Assembly (NCBI RefSeq): GCF_004010195.1
Contig: NC_057749.1
Location: 17,843,597 to 17,888,587 of the forward strand
Origin: Chiloscyllium plagiosum
Lineage: Eukaryota
Direction of reading: 5' to 3'
Length of the DNA: 44,991 nucleotides
Notes under the pieces: model-generated
The model's database searches: none
The model's input: the letters and a program-made list of their open reading frames with translations, nothing else
Told to the model about the DNA's origin: nothing
Position numbers and translations under genes: made by a program
Shown: one piece after another, positions 38,273 to 44,991 of the stretch
Layout: each line of letters opens with the position of its first letter
Numbering within the stretch: position 1 is the stretch's first letter

Positions 38273-38525
38273 CAGCACGTGTGCTATAGGCTGATACTGA
38301 ATGGATAAGAAAAAGAATAAAATTCATTGGCAAGTCAATTCTGCCACAGATATCAGATTTAACAAGACATGCTACTGTCTATGATGTCCCTTTAAAACTG
38401 TCTTCTCTTTGCCCGCCAATACAGTGCCTCCTAACATCTTGCTCCACTGACACTATCGAGCAAGTCACCAAGAGCTGAGACTGGTCCACACTGTGTGGGC
38501 CTCTCCCAGGCTGAAGACAGTCCGG

Positions 38526-39263
38526 CACACTCACACACACACCCACACTCACACACACTCACACTCACTCACACACACTCACACACTCACTCACACACAC
38601 CCACACTCACACACACACACACTCACTCACACACACTCACACACTCACTCACACACACCCACACTCACACACACTCACACTCACTCACACACACTCACAC
38701 ACTCACTCACACACACCCTATACACACACACACTCACTCACACGCACACACGCACACTAACACACACACACACTCACTCACACTAACACCCACACCAACA
38801 CCCACACTCACTCACACTAACACGCATACACCATCTCACATGCNNNNNNNNNNNNNNNNNNNNNNNNNNNNNNNNNNNNNNNNNNNNNNNNNNNNNNNNN
38901 NNNNNNNNNNNNNNNNNNNNNNNNNNNNNNNNNNNNNNNNNNNNNNNNNNNNNNNNNNNNNNNNNNNNNNNNNNNNNNNNNNNNNNNNNNNNNNNNNNNN
39001 NNNNNNNNNNNNNNNNNNNNNNNNNNNNNNNNNNNNNNNNNNNNNNNNNNNNNNNNNNNNNNNNNNNNNNNNNNNNNNNNNNNNNNNNNNNNNNNNNNNN
39101 NNNNNNNNNNNNNNNNNNNNNNNNNNNNNACACACTCATACTACGCTCACACTCACACACACTCACACTCACACACACGCTCACACTCACACACACGCTC
39201 ACACACCCTCACTCACATACACACACGCTCACACACACTTACACATGCTCACACATGCTCACA
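38526..39263. repeat. (CA)n/(CACT)n microsatellite containing an assembly gap (38844-39129)
   Basis: Direct reading. Confidence 0.95.
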
Positions 39264-39404
39264 TTAATGGCTCATTACAACGAGAGTGAGTGGAGAGCCC
39301 TCCTGCTACAATCCACTACAGAAAACCAGTGGGACATGCTCATGGGTCAGAGTTCACGGTGAGAGCAGCAATCCTTTCTGGGGCTGGTCACTGAGGGACG
39401 GGGA

Positions 39405-39800
39405 TGGGGAGGAATGAATTCACTCAGATGGTCCTGAATGTTTGGGATTGTTTACCCCACAGGGCTGTGAGTGTTTGGTGTTGAGTTTCTTTGAGACTGA
39501 GGTTAAGCAGATGTTTGGTTGGGAGTGTGCAGGGAGATGTTGGACTGGGATGGTAGGCTGTCAGATCTGAAAGCTCTTTCTACAGTTCCTGGTTCAGTCT
39601 GAATCGACAGAGAGTGGTGGGTGTGTGGAATGCACTGCCAGCAGTGATAGTACAGTCAGATGCACTAGGAACATTTAAGTGACTCTTGGATAGGCGCATG
39701 GAAGATAATACAATGAAGGGTAAGGAGATCAGGCTGATCTTAGAGTAGGATAAAAGGCTGGCACAAGGGTGAGGGCTGAAGGGCCTGTACTGTTCTATTC
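39405..39800 (+). mobile_element. CR1 3'-end fragments
   Basis: gagagtggtgggtgtgtggaatgcactgccagcag, acatttaag..actcttggataggcgcatg and gggctgaagggcctgtactgttctatt. Confidence 0.6.
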
Positions 39801-40423
39801 ATTGGATGGACTTGGCTACAAGGAAATGAAACATTTCTGCGTTAAAGCATATTTGATTGAATGATTCCTCATCCTGTTCACAATTGGCTGGGGAACCCCA
39901 GTGTGTTGTAAATGCTGGTATTTCTGTAACAACCACCTGTACAGTGGATGGGCCTGAAAGCTCCAACACTCTAACTGGCTTCAGTACACTTGGCCTCCTG
40001 TTACTGAGGCTTGTAGAAATGTTATTCAGCCAGACAGTTTCTGCCTGTCGCATGTTCACCATGACTCCTCTCAACAAACCTACCCTCGTGCTCTCTGTTA
40101 TGTGATGAGGTGCTGACGCATTCATTCACTGCTTCTGCTAATTCCTCCAGCTCCAATCTTTCTGTTCTGGCCTTGCTCATTTCATCTACAGTGAAGCCTC
40201 ATTTCCCACAATTCCAGTTTCAACAAATGACCCTATTGCCAGATATTTTCCAGTCAAAGGACTATCAAAATATTCCTCAAGACTTCCCGACAACCAATAG
40301 CACAGATGCTGCAAACCTGAAACCAAACCAAAAAACGTCTGCTCAATGGGTCAGGCAGCATCAGCAGTGAGGAAGGAGCAGATATTGTACAGCAGCTCAG
40401 TGAGCTCTGGCAGAAAACGGGGG

Positions 40424-40663
40424 GCTTTACTCTGTATCTGACCCCGTACTGTCCCTGTCCTGGGAGTGTTTGATAGGGGACAGTGTAGAGAGAGCTTTAC
40501 TCTACCTGACCCTGAACCATCCCTGTCCCTGGGAGTGTTTGATAGGGGACAGTGTAGAGAGAGCTTTACTCTGTACCTAACCCCGTGCTGTCCCTGTCCT
40601 GGGAGTGTTTGATGGGGGACAGTGTAGAGGGAGCTTTACTTTGTATCTGACCCTGTCCTGTCC
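40424..40663. repeat. ~70-bp minisatellite, ~3.4 copies
   Basis: GCTTTAC recurs at 40424, 40494, 40563 and 40633. Unit GCTTTACTCTGTATCTAACCCCGTGCTGTCCCTGTCCTGGGAGTGTTTGATGGGGGACAGTGTAGAGGGA. Confidence 0.92.
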
Positions 40664-41854
40664 AGACAGTTTTTGATGCTGGGAGGTTGGAAAAGCTATT
40701 GTTATAGAAATGGTAGAAATTATTTTCTCTACACCATCCTGTCATAATGTCATGTCACTTCCTGAGCTGAGTCCATTAAACTGGCACACCTCAGTGAGCC
40801 ATCACAGAAATACCCGATTTAATACCACCTGGGAGGGCAAGAGGGTTAATACGGCAGGGAGTGTCGAGGGATAGGGAGTGGGGGCAGATGGGTAGGAGGT
40901 AGAGGGATAAAGGGTAGAGGATCAGGGGATAATGGGGTAGGGTTAAAGGGGTAAAGGTGAAAGGGTAGCAGGTGTAAGGGTAGGGAGGAGAGGGGTAAGG
41001 GTTGAAGTGTAGGGGCTGAGGGTCCTTGATGGTCCCTATGAAGCTGCTAATGTACAGTTCAGGAGGAAGGGCAATGGGTAGGGCCCTTCAGATGCTGTGT
41101 CCATGAGCTCCCTGTGGAACAATAACAGTGATCTTCTGATGGAGATATTATTGAAACTGTCTTCTCTGTCCAGGCTCCTTCATCCAGTAGAAAGACAGGC
41201 CTGAATCTGCCCATAAACTGGCCAAGGAGCAATCTTGATAAAGTCTGATGAAGGGTTTCACCTCAGACTTGGTGAGGTTTCTCACGGTATCTTCCTAAAC
41301 CCTCCTCATTCCCAACGCACCTTATTCCTGTATCTCCCTGTACTCTTCTACTCATCTCACACTGACCACAGGCAAACGTACTGACCACTACCCAGAACCT
41401 CCTGGGGCTCCTGGTTACATTGCCATCTTTAAAGCCCGACTGTGATGCTCAGTCAAGCACTGGTCACCCGCAGTTGCCTTGCAGGTTTACTTGCCCTGGA
41501 CAGGGAGGGCACAGGGCAATAGTGACTGTACTTTGTCGACTCATCCTGGAGGTCCAACTGTTCAGGACAGGGGAGTGGAAGGGGTCATACACTGCCAGTC
41601 CCTGGAGTGTACCCTGAGACGTGGGTGAGGGTTCCATGGTAGCGAGTGGTGAGCTGCCGCACTGACTTTCACATCGTTTCTCTCCGGTGGGTGAGAGAAC
41701 AGCAGACTGCATAACAACGAGGTGAGACAGTACCGTGATGGAGATGTTAATACCTGCTCATCATTTGGATTTATCCACAGGAACGTGGGCATCAATGGTT
41801 CAGCCAGCACACATTGCCTGCCCCCAGCTTAGAGCCAACTGCTTTACTGTGGGA

Positions 41855-42290
41855 AACAAAACCCGAACTGGCTGGAGAAACTCAGCACATCTGGCAGCAT
41901 CTGTGGAGAGAAAGCAGATATAGCATTTTGGGTCCAGTGACCCTTCTTCCGTTCTGACACTGTCTCCATGGTCGCTATGGAGATTCTCCAGCAGTTTCTG
42001 TTGTGGTATCAGGGTCATCATTACATCTGTGAATTCCCAGTTTTTAATTGAATCCAAATTCCACTCTCTGTCACGGGAGGATTTGAACGCAAATCCCCGG
42101 AACATCAACATCAACAAAAACAGAAAGTGCAGGAGAAGTTCAGCAGATCCGGCAGCATCAATGGAGAGAAAGCAGAGTTAGTATTTCAGTCTAGGAACCC
42201 TCCCGCAGACAAATCTTTGGCAGATGCTGTCAGATCTACTGAGTTTTCCCAGCAATTTCCTTCTGATTTCCTGCATCTGCTGTGCTTTCA
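41855..42290. mobile_element. Cluster of decayed PLE pseudo-LTR copies (41855-42005; inverted pair 42113-42285) interleaved with a SINE
   Basis: Two copies of gc(t/a)ggagaa..tcagca.atc.ggcagcatc..tggagagaaagcaga. In the second, the left arm is followed by its reverse complement cagatgctgtcagatctactgagttttcccagc. Confidence 0.55.
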
Positions 42291-42669
42291 GTCTTCCCCA
42301 GGACATTATCTGACTCTCTGGATTACTAGACAAATGATAATACTGCTCGGCCAGTTATGTGTGAGAGGTCCTTGCCCCATTCAGCACTTGGTTGGGAGAT
42401 GGGTTTTTTTTTCTGCTGTTTAATGGCTGCAACATGTGCTTCTTCTAAGGTTCTCAGCATTGGCCCCCAGCGCTTAGCAGGTGTAATTTGAACGAACAAT
42501 AACAGGTTGGTTCCACTAGGAGGCAAAGCTCCTCACAATGGGGGGGGGGGGGGAGAGGAATGGGGGAGGAGTTTGGTGGCTTGAGTTGAAATCAAATAGG
42601 GATGCCTTGATGGATATTTCCCATGTGCAGGACTGCCGACGTGCCCAGTGCAGTGTTCGGTTCCACTTG

Positions 42670-42907
42670 TGTAGTGACTGCAACAGGCTCAGTCAACTGG
42701 ACCTCGTAGAATATGAGTTCCCTGACTGGGGCTGTCACCCTGGTCCAAACAGAGAGCCCTGGCTGACAGCTAGAAACAGGAGTGCCAGGGGTTCAGGTCA
42801 CTCTGAGAGCTGGCTCTGAGGGAGCTCGATCAGTGTCAAGGATTCTCCCCCGTGTGAATAAAGGGGGGATTCGGTGATGGGATACCAGCCTCTGTGCAGT
42901 TGTTTCA
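42670..42907 (+). mobile_element. Solo-LTR-like element, second copy
   Basis: Colinear with 19655-19880 (tggacctc..agaat..gagttccctga, cctggctgacag, tcactctgaga, cccgtgtgaataaagggg) with TG...CA ends. Confidence 0.65.
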
Positions 42908-43730
42908 GTCTGTGTGGGATTTTTAATGTTTCTTGTCTTTGCTGCTCCACTTGGGATCACATCGCAATAACCAAGATCAATTCCAGGGGCACGGAGACTG
43001 TTGCAATTTCCAGCTGACATTTAGGAGGAATTTGATTTCCTGGGTAAACACCAGCACATCAATGTCTCGTCGACACTGACTATTCTTTGCCTCTGCCCAG
43101 GAGAATCTACTTCTCCAGCCGTGGGAACACATTGCACCTTCCCCCTCCCTCAAACAGGTTGATAAAAATTTGACAAAAGGAAAGGTCAGCGCAACAAACT
43201 AGGAGTATCCATGGTCCACCCCAGCCCTGCCCAGAACGTTACATCCCTGGAAAATGTTTACTAACACTCAGTGACCCAGCAGAGCCAATGAGACTGCTGC
43301 ATATACCAAGCTTCACCCCAATTACCCTCCTCCAACGAGCTCCCAGTGTTGTGCTGCACGTTTGGAAGAGTTATCACACATTGAGCTGAGCACATATCAC
43401 TCTGTCAGGTTCATGTCAATGAGCCCATCGTGCTCCTTGATCAGGCTTTGCTCTACATTGTCCCGTTTCAAGTTATTTTGCGTGAACATCACTTTTAATT
43501 TAAGGGTCTCTTTCTTTTATTTTTCTCTCAGAGCGGAGTGAGCCTGTGGGATTCTTTATCACTTGGGCTATGGAGGCTGGGTTACTGGCCTGATCAAGGC
43601 TGAAGAGAGATATTTTCAGTCAGGACAGGGAAAAGGCAGGAGATTGAAAATGAGGATTATCAGATCGGCCATTGGATGCCCCAGTCCTGCTCTAATGTCT
43701 CATGTTCTTAATGATGTTGTCATTTTGAAG

Positions 43731-43880
43731 TTAACATTGCTGCTTTTCCTCCTCTCCCACTCTCAATGGCCTTGCCCCATCATCTACTTGTTTTTTCCGG
43801 AGGCCAAATTGGGTAACACGCACACTATGACCCAGCCCAAGGATAATGGCATAGCAAGTTAACAATACGATTGACGGCAT
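43731..43880 (-). pseudogene. Possible truncated env N-terminus
   Basis: ATG about 70 nt after the pol stop gives MPSIVLLTCYAIILGLGHSVRVTQFGLRKKQVDDGARPLRVGEEEKQQC*, with a signal-peptide-like start at the expected env position. No further env or 3' LTR is visible. Confidence 0.4.
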
Positions 43881-43948
43881 TTTGTCGCGACACCTGTAGC
43901 CAGAGGGCACAGTTCCTTTAGACTCGCCAAAGTCCGATTAGTTTGTTT

Positions 43949-44991
43949 TCAGGGTCTCTGTTCCTTAGATGCCTTTGTCAGAGAGGTTCGTTCGTCCTCC
44001 GTCGGTTGTGGCACTGGTCCCTTGACTCGAGTGTAATGTGTCCAGCCCTTTTCGGCCATACGGACAGCCGTTTCGGTCGTCAAAAGTACCAGGAAGGGAC
44101 CGTCCCAAGTTGGTTCGAGGGTACGTTGCTTCCAGCTTTTAATTAGGACCCACTGACCCGGATGACGGTGTGCACCACAAACTCGAGGGGCGGAGTCTGT
44201 GCCAAAAGTCCCTGTTGGCGTAAACGAGATAGAGCAGACCCCAGAGCCACCACATATTTTTGCACAAACATATCCCGAGACTCGAATACAGGAGGTTCCC
44301 CCTTCGGCCCATGGAATGGGAGGCCAAACAGCATTTCGAAAGGGGAGACGCCCAAATCCCGCCTTGGCTGGGTGCGAATTTGCAATAGGGCAAGGGGTAG
44401 GCATTTGGTCCAAGGCAGGCCGATTTCACTAGTGAGTTTGGTTAGCTGCTTGTTGATGGTCTGGTTCATTCTTTCGACCTTGCCCGAGGAGGGGGGATGA
44501 CAGGGGGTGTGCAAATCCCAGTCAATCCCCATTGCTTGCACTATATTCTGGAGGACGGTCGAGGTGAAGTGGCTCCCCTGGTCAGACTCAATAGCGCGGG
44601 GTAGCCCAAATCGTGGGATGATTTATTTGAGTAGAATTTTGCTAACCTGAGTCGCTGTTGCCGTGGCAGTGGGGAAAGCTTCCACCCATCCTGGAAAGCT
44701 TCCACCCATCCTGTCAGGTGATCTACTATTACTAATAGATACTTCAGGCGACCTATGGTGGGGAGCTCAGTGTAATCTACCTGGACATACTCAAACGGCC
44801 TATAAAATCGTGGGATGATTTATTTGAGTAGAATTTTGCTAACCTGAGTCGCTGTTGCCGTGGCAGTGGGGAAAGCTTCCACCCATCCTGTCAGGTGATC
44901 TACTATTACTAATAGATACTTCAGGCGACCTATGGTGGGGAGCTCAGTGTAATCTACCTGGACATACTCAAACGGCCTATAAGCCGGACTC
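43949..44991 (-). pseudogene. pol: Endogenous retrovirus pol, integrase domain (class I, gamma/epsilon-like), disrupted
   Basis: PFEYVQVDYTELP...KYLLVIVDHLTGWVEAFP...IIPRFGLPRAIESDQGSHFT...HPPSSGKVERMNQT has D,D(35)E spacing. The C-terminus reads PGQWVLIK...LEPTWDGPFLVLLTTETAVR...WTHYTRVK. It carries an in-frame TAA, a frameshift near 44165 and internal duplications, and continues beyond the window edge. Confidence 0.95.

Noticed and set aside
38493..39289. His/Thr-rich ORFs
   Set aside because: (CA)n microsatellite plus an N-gap.
41245..41282. CTGATGAAGGG as a further hammerhead
   Set aside because: No GAAA box at the proper distance and no pseudo-LTR context.
19655..42907. Two LTR-like copies as the ends of one 23-kb element, or as the ERV's LTR
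   Set aside because: The copies are clearly diverged, share no TSD, enclose no gag/pol, and are oriented opposite to the minus-strand ERV.

Overview
Eukaryotic, repeat-dominated genomic DNA with three N-gaps. The repeat families suggest a cartilaginous fish (shark); this is inferred from family resemblance, not searched. No host protein-coding gene can be identified. The window holds decayed retroelements (CR1, Rex1/Babar, L2, L1/Tx1-like tail, SINEs, two solo-LTR-like copies, Penelope-like elements with GIY-YIG remnants) and large tandem arrays: a ~7.4 kb 21-bp array, a 1.4 kb 30-bp array and several smaller ones. The right edge carries a class I-type endogenous retrovirus integrase/env fragment. 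The most interesting signals are: (1) a family of ~110-130 bp TSD-flanked Penelope-derived insertions carrying a minimal hammerhead ribozyme (CUGANGA-A-stem II-GAAAC-GUH), with intact, decayed, deleted and snap-back-inverted versions and a second family with a different sequence but the same fold; (2) the 21-bp satellite, which appears to have been born from a 21-bp seed inside an L2 ORF2 end; (3) a CpG-rich gamma/epsilon-like ERV. The very long ORFs in the track come from tandem repeats and are probably not genes.
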